The notes beneath the pieces are model-generated. The model did not search any database. It was not told the DNA's origin and saw nothing but the letters and a program-made list of their open reading frames with translations. From the NCBI GenBank assembly GCA_951406725.2, contig OX597819.1:100068001-100132000 (forward strand): a stretch of DNA of 64,000 nt, given 5' to 3'. This stretch comes from Octopus vulgaris (Eukaryota). This document shows positions 39,713-56,312 of the stretch, one piece after another. Both the position numbers and the translations under genes were made by a program. How positions within the stretch are numbered: position 1 is the first letter of the stretch; every line of letters starts with the position of its first letter.

Positions 39713-40107
39713 AGGCGGCGAGCTGGCAAAATCGTTAGCACGCCGGGCGAAATGCTTAGCGGTATTTCGTCTGCCGCTAATTTCTGAGCTCAAATTCCAC
39801 CGAGGTCAACTTTGCCTTTCGGGGTCGATTAAATATGTACCAGTTACGCACTAGGGTCGATATAATCAACTTAATCCGTTTGTCTGTCATTGTTTGTCCC
39901 CTCTGTGTTTAGCCCCTTGTGGGTAGTAAAGAAATAGGTATTTCGTCTGTCTTTGTGTTCTGAGTTCAAATTCCGCCGAGGACGACATTGCCTTTCTTCC
40001 TTTCGGGGTCGATAAATTAAGTACTAGTTGCGTACTGGCGTCGATCTAATGGACTGGCCTCCTCCCAACAAAACCTCGGACCTTGTGCCTAGAGTAGAAA
40101 AGGATAG
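39713..40107 (+). mobile_element. family-1 SINE, complete dimeric copy with TSD
   Basis: Head AGGCGGCGAGCTGGCAAAATCGTTAG, two B-box/central-domain units, tail CCTTGTGCCTAGAGTAGAAAAGGA. TSD is TTTCACGGTACA (39701-39712) / TTTCACGGTGCA (40108-40119). Confidence 0.9.
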
Positions 40108-42106
40108 TTTCACGGTGCAGCAAAAAATAATATCGCGTTCTCATTTCACTGATTTAGGCATCATAATTTCAAGTAGCTACATTCTAAACAAGACGATGAA
40201 CCACCCCAGACAAATAGTTCGAAGGATCAAAGGGAGAGATTTATGATCGTTCACTCTGCCCGCTTCCACACCTTGGCTCTCGTCTTCTCAGGTAGCTGTT
40301 TCCATTACACGCCACATACGTTCAACACACTGATGGCCCGCCAGGTCTATGATTTCCGTTACATACAAAAGATCCTGATGATAGAGGATTAGACGATAAA
40401 AAATCACCCATCGAATCATTACTAGTAACATTAAACCCACATTATCTAGAATATCACCAGAGATGGCTCGGGCATGTAGTGCACATATCTGACGCGCTTC
40501 TTTCTCTGAGGCTCCTCCACTGGCAGCTATATCGTGGTTGTTGCGTAGCTGGAGAGCCACTATCATAATTTCAACGACGAGCAGTTTAATATTATTTTAT
40601 ACAGGAATAACATCAACGTTTCAAGAATGGAAAATATCATTGCTAAAAAATTGATTTAGAGAGGCATTGAGAATATATAAGAATCAATACGTAGAATTAA
40701 TACAAGTTCCATTCACAAATGGAGATGTATATTGAAATATGTAGTCATCAATAAACCCACAATTGAAGAAGATAACATTTTAATTAGTTGGAAAGTCATT
40801 AACATTTATAGCTCTATATAGCATACGTAACATAGATTATTTATTCTAGTATATTCTATCTCATTATTATAATTTATTCTAAATTTCCCAAATATTTACG
40901 TTAATTATTTGAATCGGCATTTTCGACTCAATAGACTTTTGAGGAAAAAGGCAGCTTGCAGTTTGTACAATACTAGAAGGAGGGAACAATTGCCTTCTCG
41001 CTTTGAAATCTTTGCGGTTTTGCGGTGATGTTCTTTGCACTTGGTAATGCTTAGGGAATTCTTCCAGGCGGTTAAAGCAGTCGTTCTCACCTATTCAACT
41101 GTAGCACAACTGCAAAGGAAGATATCTGGAGTTCCATGTTTAAAGGCTTTAGATGAGTAGGGGGTGGGTGGAGAAATGATAGGCACCTGCATACGAAGAT
41201 CATAATGGTCAGACACCTGTGTTCGATGACAGGAAGTGAAATGCAGTTTCCAGTAAGGATGATTACCGAGTAATCAATTAATGAGTAGATCTGAAGTTCC
41301 ATGATGCTCATGGACCAAAATTTGTAGTAATGTATAAAGACGGTCAAACGACTTCAGGGAAAAATTATTTGATGCTAAAGGATGGATTTGTTGGGAGGGC
41401 GATAACAACTATGCCGTGAAAATCAATGAGACATTCACAGATACAGTGAAGCAGTCTTATTAAATAGAGTGGTTAGGTCAGAATAGAAAACTATTTAGCT
41501 TTTCTATCATTATTTAGCGGGAAGAGTACACAGAAACGAAAGGATGGGTACACTGAAGAAGCCGGTGATCGTGACTTTATTGAGAACCATGGTGACATGC
41601 ATACATAGTAAAATTTGCTTGAATGAAAACTGACGTTGATTAGAAACAGTTCAAAGTGTATTAGAGACAATAAGATGAGCATAGCGGAATTGAGAAAAGA
41701 TATATGGAGAGCATTTCTGTAAATGTTTCACGATAGCAGAAGCATATGATACTTTTCAGCTATATGGTGGAATATAGTGAATAGCCTGAACAGAAGACAT
41801 TAGTCAATAATCGAAAACGAAGTTCTTCTATTGATGACAGAGATGTGATTTGTGGTTTGCATGTTCGTAGTTGGTTTATGGAGAGATCAGAGCTGGACAG
41901 TACTCTTCGGATTTTGGTAAAGAGGACAGAGAATTAAACAGTGGATTAATTCAAAACCCGTGTGTTTCTCTGCATCACTTTATACATGTGAGTGTATGTT
42001 TCTAGCTGCTCAGAAATGTGAATGTATGAAAGCAAGTATGTTTGCATGTATGTAGGGGTGGTAATGTATGTATGTGAATTTGAATATAACATTAGTAATA
42101 TTAGTA

Positions 42107-42149
<43 letters not shown>

Positions 42150-42356
42150 ACATGTATATTTACATACATACATACAACCACACATACATATATAGAAATG
42201 CCCGTGTATGTATACGTATATATATATATATATATGCATGTATATATGTAGATAACATATATTATATATATTTGTGTGTGTGCATATATACAGGAATATA
42301 TATATATTTATATATATATATATATGAATACACACACATATGTGTATGCATGTATG

Positions 42357-42404
<48 letters not shown>

Positions 42405-43307
42405 CATACGTGAATGTGACATTTTGATCGTATGCATATATGTATGTATACACACACATACACATATATTTTATATATATGTACATTATACATATATATA
42501 CACAAACACACACACAGACGCACATACACGTACATACATGTATGTGCGGCGCTTGCTTGCTCTGTTTATATATGTAAATAAATGCATCTAAATGAGAGAG
42601 TATGTGATAAATATGTCCGTGGTAGAAGATGTCTAGTGGAGACGGAGGCCAGCGTTTGTTAGTAGTCCCTACTAAAGGATTTATGATGAAATAAATGCAT
42701 TTTAACGATGGTTTTATGGCTTCGTACATCTTGAATAGATGAAGCTGACGAATCGTGATTCGTGATTAAACCAACGTATCTGTTTCCAAGCATTAATAGA
42801 ACACTGATATCTAATACTGCAGTTGGTTTGCTCATTCCTCATTAACGCACTCCCCCGCTACCTTTACTTCATGGATTCATTTAAGGAACAATGTTTAAAA
42901 TATAGCTCCACATCGTTGCAGCTCTATCGCTGTAATTACACTCTTGGAAAAATGGCCGTGCCCTAACTATAGCCATTAATTATATTTACCGCTTCCCTCG
43001 CACACACCACTAAATGCATGCTCACAGTCGCTCACACGCGTACGAATACACAACACACATTCACTCACACATGCATATGTGTGTGTGTGCGTATGCGTGC
43101 AAGTGTGTGTCTGTGTCTAGATATGCATATATATGCATATACATGTGTGTGCAAACACAAACGCTGTGTGTTTGTGTAACTGTTGTGTGACTATATTTAT
43201 ATAAATATAAATAGATATAGATATATACATATGTCTGTGTGCGTGTGTGTGTGTGTGTGTGTCTGTATGTCTGTTCATGTGTGTGTGTGTGTGTGTGTGT
43301 ATGTGTG

Positions 43308-43652
43308 TTGACTAAAAAAACATTCTACGTGGTGAATTGTACTGAACCATAAAAAAGAATAATGCACAAAAATTTTATTGGGCAAAAGTTATAAATATAT
43401 TTTTACGTAATGAAATATTTACACAGCCAACCGGTTTCGCCTGTGGAAAACAAGACTAAGACTAAGGGATAATGTTACAATATCATGCTAAAATAAAAAG
43501 TTTTTATTCCGTGTTACTAAGAGGAAGGATATCATTGCTTCTTTTAACAAGGAATGACAGCCATATATGATAACATGAGATTCTAATATTATCACTAGAC
43601 ATTTAGTCATGATCGGTACAAGCGAAACCGGTTGACTATGTAAAATTTATTT
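43308..43652. mobile_element. inverted Penelope-like termini
   Basis: TTTACACAGCCAACCGGTTTCGCCTGT (~43418-43444) is inverted relative to ACAAGCGAAACCGGTTGACTATGTAAA (~43618-43644). GAAA is followed by palindromic ACCGGT. Confidence 0.55.
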
Positions 43653-43668
43653 CACACACACGCACACC

Positions 43669-43799
<131 letters not shown>

Positions 43800-44371
43800 A
43801 ATTATTAAGATGGCTAGTCACAATTTGAAAACCAAAAAGCAGAAGTACAATCCTCAGTAAAGTGTCTGAGGGTGCAAGTCAGAACCAGCATTGCTAGGAA
43901 TATGACTGAAAACAATGTTAGCTGCGGGCAACGCTCTTCTCTATTGACTAACAAGAGATACAATCTCTCCACAGCAAGCGAGAGTGTCAGACCATCGTTG
44001 ATTTCGGATTGAATAGTGACACTTACTCCCTTGTCTAAGGTTAAACTGAATGTGTCTCCTGAGTTTATAGAAAATACGACAGGAATCTAGAATTTTTTTT
44101 ATTCCTGCTTGGTCTTCCGTATTCATCAAGTACTCTCTATTATCGTTTCGTTTCCTTAGTAATCTTGATCTGGCTTTTTAGTATACTGAAATTCCTTTTG
44201 TTGGTTTGTTTGGGTGACTTTCTCTGGCTATAATATATATGTTTACATTTGCTTTCCACCGCACATATGAATTCATTTCATATGAATTATACAAATGAAG
44301 TGACTTCTCTTTAGCTGTTTTGTTGAAGTAACTTCGGCTTCGTATAATATCGATTTCGAATGCCCAAACTG

Positions 44372-44452
44372 AAAAGTAGATGTAACAAATATATAGTCAA
44401 AAGCAGACGTAACAAATACATAGTCAAATGCAGACGTAACAAATATATAATC
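44372..44452. repeat. 27-bp minisatellite, 3 copies
   Basis: AAAAGCAGACGTAACAAATACATAGTC x3 with minor variants. Confidence 0.9.
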
Positions 44453-45105
44453 CAGACGCCTGAACTTACACATTTATACAACATACAGAATAGCAAACTA
44501 CTAAACACTTCATGGTATGCTTAAAATGTAACGGGTAGTAAATTGTAAATGTTCTCAAGCCGTAGGAGCATTGAAAGCATGAAGTAAAAGTAATAATGAT
44601 GAAATTCTAATAATAATACTATTACAATTAAGTATGATTTCTTTATTTGTTTTAGTCTTGTTGCTCATGGTGTCAAGCAAATCGATCCGAATATCTATCT
44701 GGCACTTATTCACCCGCGAAGCCAATACGAATTAAACGATATCGATAATCACTGCCTTTTGTGCATCTGCATATGAATATGATAGCAAACCGCGTCAAGA
44801 ATTGAATTTTACAAAGGGAAGTAGCTAATGACATATAATGAGAAGTAATGAGGAGTAATGGGGAGTAGAGGTGAATGGGTGACGGAAAGGAGAGTACAAG
44901 GGTCAGAGTGTAAACGCTAACTTTTAAGAGTGTAAATGCTAACTTTTAAGATTACGCCCAAGCAAATTGATTACGTAAGGCTGTCTGTATGCGTATATGC
45001 GTATGTACATATGTGTGTGTGTTTGTGCATAAATACATACATGTATATATTCATGTATATATATATATATGTATGTATACTTGTATGTATACTTGTATGT
45101 ATACT

Positions 45106-45156
<51 letters not shown>

Positions 45157-48100
45157 ACTTGTATGTATTTATACACAAACACACACACGTATGAACATAT
45201 GCATATATTACATCAACTCTTTTGCCACGTAGATGTCACGTGACAAATCTCGGTATAATTATCTGTGTAATATGATGCCGTTTATTGATGTGATTTAAGA
45301 CTGAATTAAGGAGGAGACAAGGATGTTGATGAATGTCTTCAGTCAGATGATGAAGAAGACAAATAGATAAGTCAAATATACCATTAATATTAACACCATC
45401 AACAACAATGATGCAATTTTATAGACCCTACATGATCATTCTATTTACTAAAAATAGCAGCAAATGTACCTCAAATCAGACCGTACGATCTAAATATGAT
45501 AGGGAAATTGAATAGTATAGTTGCTGGATATGCAGACTGATGTGAAGGTTAAAGATGGGTTCTTTTGCTTATAGATCACCTCGTTTGGGTTTGATCTAGA
45601 GCTAAAACATCATAATCACAACAACAACAAAAGCGAAAATCCCCAAAATGAAGGCTATAGAGCACAATAGTATTGTCTTCTCATTTATGTACAAGGCCAG
45701 TAATTTTGAACGGTAGGGGTTAGCTGATGGCTTTGACAGCACTGTTCAACCGGTATATTATCGACCTCACATTGATGAAAATCATGGTTGATTATAGTAA
45801 AACTGAACCCAGAAATAATTGATAACAGAAACCGAAAGTATGATTCCGTTTCCCTACCAGCTAGCAAATATAGAAGGTGTGACCATCTGGCGAAATCTCG
45901 AGAGCAACTTGACTTGAATTTTTTTTTTTACTGCATATGCACTCAGTTTATTTTTCAACACATAACGTAAAATGGCTGTAATTGCAATTTTCCCACCACT
46001 CAATATCAAAGCTGTCAAATAAAGTAAAAATTAATGCTTTAATATTATTTTCTGAAAATAAAGAATAAATAATTCACCAACGATTGGACAAGTAGTATCA
46101 TATTAATGATAAAACACGGAGAAAGAATTTGACAAAAATCATCAGCGAAAATCATCAGGAAAACTTTTAACTCAACCTGATAATGCGATGATTTCTTTCC
46201 TCATGTAACTTATTGTTTAGTGAATGTAAAATCACGTGTATCTTTGCAGAAATTTGCTTCCATATGTCTGAAGAGAAGGATGAACTTTCAGTTTGAAGAA
46301 AATTTTAATTAGCATGAGGAACTAAGTCATCATGTTATTCAATAAATACAACTTCATATATGTTTTGTGTATTATTTCCGTTCGTTTGTTCATTTACTGG
46401 CTTGGATATATATTCATACATGCATATACACTTATGTGACTTAACGGTCGATAAAATGCTAGTATAAGCGTGTTGATAGTTACTCACCTAGTAGAGCTCA
46501 GAGAGATGATATTCTAAAAGTCCAACTACTTTATGAGATAGAGGTAGACCAGAAACAGAAAAGTTGACTAGAAGAGCGATCGAAATGAGGGCATATAGAA
46601 CAATAAAAGGTCTAAGGAAAGCATTTATACAAAAAATCGCATATACAATTTAAATGCTGCACTTGCAGCATTTAAATTGGTCTTGCTTTAACAGCTGTTT
46701 CAATGATCCGTGAATATACAATGTATATTATCTAGATAGTGCAATTCTGAAGCTATATTACGCATAAACTTAAAAACGAAGACAGTATCGGCTAGCATCA
46801 TTTTTAATGGCTGAACATCCAAGTTTGGTAGACTCTCAAAGTTTTCATCAAAAGACGAATATCGAGAGTGTTAAAAGAAAGTGTTCAGATAAATATATTG
46901 ATATTGATAAATTAAGAAAATAGATAGAAGTCCTGGAAAGGTTGCCGTAGGGAAAGGATGGCCAAGAAAACGTGACGATGAGAGAAAACGAAGGGAAGTG
47001 TAGCTTAAAGCAGACTGAAGTATACAGGCGTGAGTTCTCCATCAGCAAACAAGACTTATAAAACTAAGTAGTGTGAAAGGTGATGTGGGACATGTTGATC
47101 AAAGGAAATGCAATAATTATACAGAAATCAGGGTTATTAAATACAGACACACACTGCCAGTGTAGTATATAGAGATAAGTAGCGTAGGATGTTGCAATTG
47201 GGTGACGCATAAGCGTCCTGTATAATGAATGATTGATAGGATAAGAATTATATCGGCGAATTATCAAGCAGAGATTATAATAACAATAGGGAAAAGGAAT
47301 ATGAAACTATAGGTGTGTGAGATAAACGAGTAGCTGGTTTTGAAAACAAATCTTAAGCGTAACATATTTCAAGATGCAATTCGGAAGCATGAGTACATAA
47401 AAGTAACGAAGCTATGTATATATGAATATAAGAGAGAAAACAAGTCTTAGAGAAAAAGTTGAAGGAAGGACAAGAGGTGAAAATATAAACAGTAAAATTT
47501 ACTGGGTCAAATGAGCATTACAAATTATAGTAATAGGAAAATGTATGGTGACAAAAGGTAATCACTTCAGAGAATATTTTAAGATCTTCATTCTCAGGTA
47601 ATACTTCTAAGGATTTTCGGCAGCATAAATTACACGCCAGAATACCTTCCCGATACCGTATTCCAGGCCTGATGATCCTTTAGAAATAATGTGGTATATT
47701 TTAGGGTTCGAGATAGTGGATGTAAGTATGCAACAAACTAAATTTTTCGATTAGTTTCCGAAATAGCGATAGTGCGTACAAGATAGATGGGTAAAAGTCC
47801 TTAATTCTATGCGTATTCCGGTGGAGACATAAAATGTAGCAGTATCTATACACTTATACACAGCATTATAGCGTAGACGATGGTTCCTCAAGGGGCAATT
47901 AGTTGGTATCCTACATTTGCAGGTCTTCCCTTATCACCATCACAATTATTAACATTATTTTACAGACAATAACGTAATCAATTATTATCACCGCTTAATT
48001 ATTACTATAAGTACGACAACTCTAATTTACAATATCAGCACGCACTGCTGTAATTATCACTATTATCAATATTATAGTTATTACTAATATTACCCATTAC

Positions 48101-48314
48101 CACTAAATATATTATGACATTCTTATTATCACAATTAACACCATTCCTAATATTCTCACTGTTATTATGTTTAAGTATAGTGCTAATCTTGTTACCGAGT
48201 CAATGGATCATGTCTTATTCTAAGAGAGATGGTTATTATAAACATAATTCTTAATGCAGTTATGATCATTATACTTGTTACACACGCAAGCACACATTCA
48301 TACATACATGCATG

Positions 48315-48358
<44 letters not shown>

Positions 48359-49914
48359 CACATACATACAGATATATATATATATATATATGCATGTGTG
48401 TATGTGTGTATGTGAATGTGAGAGTAAGGGAAGGAGAGAGAGGGTACGTGCACATAGTAATTTAATATGTATATATGTATTTTAAAATATATGGCTTCTG
48501 AAATATTGTTCACGTCAAAGGTGATCAGTGCTGAAAGGCAGAAAAAGAAGCATACCTTCCCCCGTTTTCATGTTTCGTGTATATACATTTATAAGTGTGT
48601 AGGAGGAGCGTGTATGTGTATGTATTGTATGTGTGTGTGAGTGTGTATGTGTGTTACATAGAAAGAAAAATGCCGCCTGTATTACACTTAAAACAATGTT
48701 ATTACACAGAAAATTGGTAATGTTAAGCAGTTTTAATGAAGAAGCGTCATCGTTAATAAGCAGATGGTAGCGTGGCCTTTCTACTTCAAAAATTTTTTTA
48801 ACCTTTTTCTTTTTTTCACTTATTTCAATCATTTTCCCTTTCTTTAACTCATTATTTCTTTATATATCTTCTGTTGTACAGTTTTTTAAAAATTTCTATC
48901 TTTACTTTTCTATCTTTGTATCATCTTTCCATATTAAATTTTCATTTATAAACTTTAATATGGATTTTTGAAATCGCCTTCAAGCCATTACTTGTTCGTG
49001 TAGTTATTTTCATATCTTTAATATGTTGCCTTCAGGGCAGACATGTTTTTAGTAGTTTTTCTTATTATTGTATTTATGTTTTTTCATGTCTTTTTTTTTT
49101 AGTATTTTCCAGTTATTTTTTCTTTGTTTTATATCTACGTAATTTTATACATTTTTTTTTCATTTCCCCCATTCATTTATTAATTTATAACATTTCAACA
49201 CATTGTCACCTCCAATATCAATTAGGAGTCTATGACAGCATTCGATTCATCTTTTCTTTCTTTTTTTTTGTTTATGTTGTTCAACTAATGTGAATTAAAT
49301 CTAAAATAATGATGATAATGATAATGGTGGTGGTAATAATGATGATGATGATGATGATGACGATGATGATGATGATAACGACGTCGACGATGATCTCACT
49401 GTTGATGATGACGACGACGACGATGATGATGATGATTATGATGGTCATGATGATATCTTGATGATTATGTATCTGATATGATGAGGAAAATGATTTATGT
49501 GATAGTGAATCTAATGAGCTTAGATAGGAAAAAGTCGGTAGCGTTGCTGATGTTGTTGTTGTTATCGTTGTATTGATAGTTATCATAATGCTGTTGATGT
49601 TGCTATTGCTACTGGTGGACCAGATGATGATGATGATGATGATGATAATGAGAGAGGTAATGGTGCTTTTGTAATCTTGGGGCATGGGCTTCTGGTTATA
49701 ATGCACAGAATGAAGAAAGGAGATCGATAATGGTGATGGTGATGGTGACGTTGATTTATTATAATTATAATATTCACAATAATTTTCATGGTGAAATTCA
49801 GTGTGGAGTTATTCGAATAAATCTGTTGGTGATTCTGCAACATCTCCGATCTAAGGTTACATCGAGCTGATGGCGTTTCCAGATACATTTCGATCGACCA
49901 TGTACGAATCTTCT

Positions 49915-50390
49915 ATTTTTTATTATTATTATTTTAAATCTTCTTCTGAGGAGGGAGCCGGTTTCCAACAAAGATACAAGGCTCCATCTTTGGGATGTAG
50001 TGAACAGACGCATTCACATTTGGAACTTGAGAAAAATCTTGCATATTTTTACTGTTCCACTCACATATTGGAATTGTAATGTATGAGTCAGCCGGTCAGT
50101 TTCTCTCTTTGAAAATCCCAGTTTATCCAGATTCTCTTTTAATCTTTTACTAAAAAAAACAAAAAACAAAAAAATAAAACCTAGTGCTCCAATTAATATT
50201 AGTATGAATATGAATTCATTGTCTCGATATAGAAGCTGGAGGTTTCGAAGCAGTTGTCCATAGATATCCTCTTTTCCTTTGATTTCCAAAGAGATATTTA
50301 TATCTGCAGGGCAGCTAACCTCTATGATGGTACATACCTTTGCCCCTCTGTTCCAAACAACAATATCCGGCCGGTTATGCTTACACTTGT
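49915..50390 (-). pseudogene. RLE-type (R4/NeSL-like) LINE 3' end with (TAA)n tail
   Basis: CKHNRPDIVVWN..CTIIEVSCPADIN..KEDIYGQL..ILIGALG..GTVKICKIFLKF, then a short UTR and AATAATAAT on the minus strand. Confidence 0.85.
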
Positions 50391-50639
50391 ATACATACAT
50401 ACACACATACATGCATACATACGTACATACATACGTACATACATACGTACTACGTGTGTATGTATGTATACATGCATGTATGTATGTATGTATGCATGCA
50501 TACATTATGCATATATGTATGTATGTATATATGCATACTTGCATGTATGTATGTATTATGATTCTATGTATGCAAGTATGCATGTATGCAAGCATGCATG
50601 AGTGCATGCTTGTATGTATGTAGATATGTTTGTATGTAT

Positions 50640-51400
50640 CTTATTTTATCTTCTTTTACTTGTTTTAGTAATTAGGTTGTGGTCGTGCTGCTGCACTCCA
50701 TTAAAATTTAGTGAAACCGATTGACCCCAAAACTTATAATCTCTTTTTCAGTATGATACTAATTCAATCGGTCTAATTTGCTGAACCATTAAGTTACTGG
50801 GATAGAGGTACGCCTACACCGGTTGTCAAACTGATAGTGGAAAATACTGACACAAACACACGCACGCACGCACACACACACACACACACTCACACACACA
50901 TACACACACACATATGGAGGGTAAGATATGTTTGTGTGGTAAGAGGTTTGCTTCCCAACCACAAATCCCAACCACAAGTGTCTTCTGCTATAGCCTCAGG
51001 CGGACAAAATTATTTTGTGTGGACTTAGTAGACTGAAACTGAGCGAGTCCTGTCGTATGTATATATTTATATGTGTATGTGTGTGTGTGTGTGACTCTTT
51101 GTGTCTATGGTTGTCTCCCACCACCGCTTGATAACCGGGGTTGGTGTGTTTCCTTTCCTGTAATTTAGCGGGTCGACCAAACCGTTCGGTAGAATACTAC
51201 TAGGCTTAAAACGAAAGTAATTACCGGGCCTATTAGTTCACCTCAAATTCCTTAAGGTGACACCCTTGATGATCGCTGTTAAGTAACAAAAAAAGTTAAG
51301 ATTTAGTTAAGCTTCAATGAACCAAATTCACTCGCAAGGTTTTGGTCGGGCCAATGCTATAGTAGAAGAAACTTCTGCAATGTGCCACGCACAATAACAG
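50640..51400. mobile_element. cluster of degenerate family-2 SINEs in both orientations
   Basis: Minus-strand 3' half at ~50650-50900, plus copy at ~50915-51300 (GTGTGGTAAGAGGTTTGCTTCCCAACCAC..), and a minus fragment at ~51310-51400. Confidence 0.7.
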
Positions 51401-51654
51401 ATTCTGGATTCAGTCTCATTGCACCGCACTTTTGACAATAATTTTCTCTATTGATTCGGGATATGCATACATATAAATATTGAACTTCATACTCACTTGG
51501 ACTTGCATCTTAACTAGCTCCCGAACTTTCTGTACCTCCCTACATCCACATATCACCACTAAAATCGGATTACGACTGAATCTCTGTACTCTTTTGGATT
51601 CTACCTTCCAGAAATTTTAAACATCTTTTTAAAATTATTTTGAATATTTATTAT

Positions 51655-52040
51655 TTTATTCTTTTACCTGTTTCAGTCATTTGACTGCGGTCATGCTGGA
51701 GGATCGCCTTAAAAGGGTTTTAGTCGAAGAAATCGAACCGAGGACTTATTCGTTGTAAACCCGGTATTTATTCCATCAGGTATTTTGCCGGACCGCTAAG
51801 TTACGGGGATATAAACATTCCAGCATTGGTTGTCAAGTGATGGTGGGAGGACAAACACTCACGTACGCACACACAGACATATATATGTAAACACGACGGG
51901 CTTCTTTCAGTTTGTGTCTATCAAATTCACTCACAAGGCTATAGTAGAAGACAGTTGGCCAAGGTGCCACGCAGTGGGATTGAATCCAGAACCATTTGGT
52001 TGGGAAGCAAACATCTTACCACACAGCCACGCCTGGGCCT
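51655..52040 (-). mobile_element. family-2 SINE
   Basis: Aligns along its length with 16998-17390. Confidence 0.88.
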
Positions 52041-52929
52041 ATATATTTTCTGTAGTTAGTGAGTCAAACTATGTTAAGCCTAGTAAGCAATCCAATACTA
52101 CACAACAAAGAGGGAAAAAAAGCTGGCAATGTTAAAATTATGTTCTTTTCGATATCAAACATGTGTAAAGTACGATAACTATACAAGTCATTTATATCCT
52201 GAATGTTTCGCTTCTCTGGTAATTAATACACAACACCTTTGACATCTAGCACCTGACACGTTAGAAGCCCAAAAGATTATCCATCACCTTTCCAACAACG
52301 ACTGTGGTCATATTTTTGAAATCAGTGTCTGTATCATTAGTGAACATGCTTATATAACCACACAACATAACTTTTGGAAACCAACATTTTTACGCTCAAA
52401 ACCGTTGAAGCAGTGAATAATGAAACTAAGTTGGTTGTTCGCTATCAGGACACTGCATCCTTAAAACTCTCAATTTTCCTCTTAATAACATAGCTATAAA
52501 AATCATCTTGATTTCTTGAATGTGAGGATTATCCAGCGCCTATTTATATCTTTTAAGTCAAAAAGTTCAATATTAAGAATGCCTCGGAAGAATATACGTT
52601 ACATGAAACTATCATAGTTGTATTAAATACTTATATCTCAGATATTTTTTTTTCCATTTCTGCAACGCATATTCTCTTATTCATGTTTGTACATTCAAAA
52701 TCATAAGAATATATACATAAATATACACACGTCGATGATATCTATATGAAGTACTACATATTTTTCTTCGTGAGGCTAAATTTATTTTAAAAATCTTTAA
52801 TGAAATTATATGTACGAAGTATAATCTATGTTTTGGGTTTGAACATTTGAGTGTGTGTGAATATGTGTACGTGACATATGAATCTGTTTGTATGCTTTGA
52901 TATAGGTATATGTCTTATAAATATTATAC

Positions 52930-55570
<2,641 letters not shown>

Positions 55571-56154
55571 TCGAATATATCCTTTTATCATATGCTCATT
55601 TCGTATAATTTTCTTCTTTAACTATGAGTATAGCTTCTAAAATATTGCTTTATGTTAGAAAGAAACCCAACATTAGCAATGAATGAATTTTGCCGCAGAG
55701 ATCTGAGAATCGACATTAAATCTGCCAAAGAAATAATAAGTTTGGCTTGTTTCGAGTAGATACCATGAATAAATGCTAACGTGTGTTCGATTTGTACTTT
55801 ATAGTATAAGAAATATGCCATTTTACGTTCTTATCCTTCTTGTGTATACTTTTGATGTTAAGTGACATAACGATGTTTTAAATTGTTATTAATTTCAACA
55901 ACGCCTGCTGCCTTTAAGATCTACTGTAATATGAAATATATCCAAAACTTAAGCAAAGGTAATATTTTCAAGGAAACACACTCAGGCGTGAATCCTTGAT
56001 AGCATTATGCTTACATAAGTTTTGAGCATATTTGATATCACAGTTAATCAAATATGGACCGATCTGTATATTTTACGTTTCAGTTATTATATCGAAGCAT
56101 GTTTACGTAATAAAAACATGTTTGGCCTTTGTATGTAATTCTGTATTAGCTACA

Positions 56155-56312
56155 TGTTGTACTTTATTTTAGTGTAACGTATAACCAGTAAATCCTGGTT
56201 CAAAGAAACTAATTTTATTCATAATCCTGTACGTTATTCCGAATGGCCGTTCTTTCTCTTCTTCTTCCTGTCAAATGCGCATGCTCTTTATATCAACGTT
56301 ATTTGCATAACA
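56155..56312 (-). repeat. 3' LTR (~158 bp)
   Basis: On the minus strand a PPT AGGAGGAAGTGAA is followed by TGTTATGC ... AATAAAGTACAACA. Confidence 0.7.

Noticed and set aside
46500-47950. Possible decayed Penelope GIY-YIG region (GKCSLK.., NYIGE.., CTGATGA at ~47669)
   Set aside because: Motifs are too fragmentary to support without a profile search.
49950-50000. Similarity of the RLE-LINE 3'UTR (GCCTTGTATCTTTGTTGGAAACC) to the family-1 SINE tail
   Set aside because: The match is too short and loose to claim a SINE-LINE partnership.
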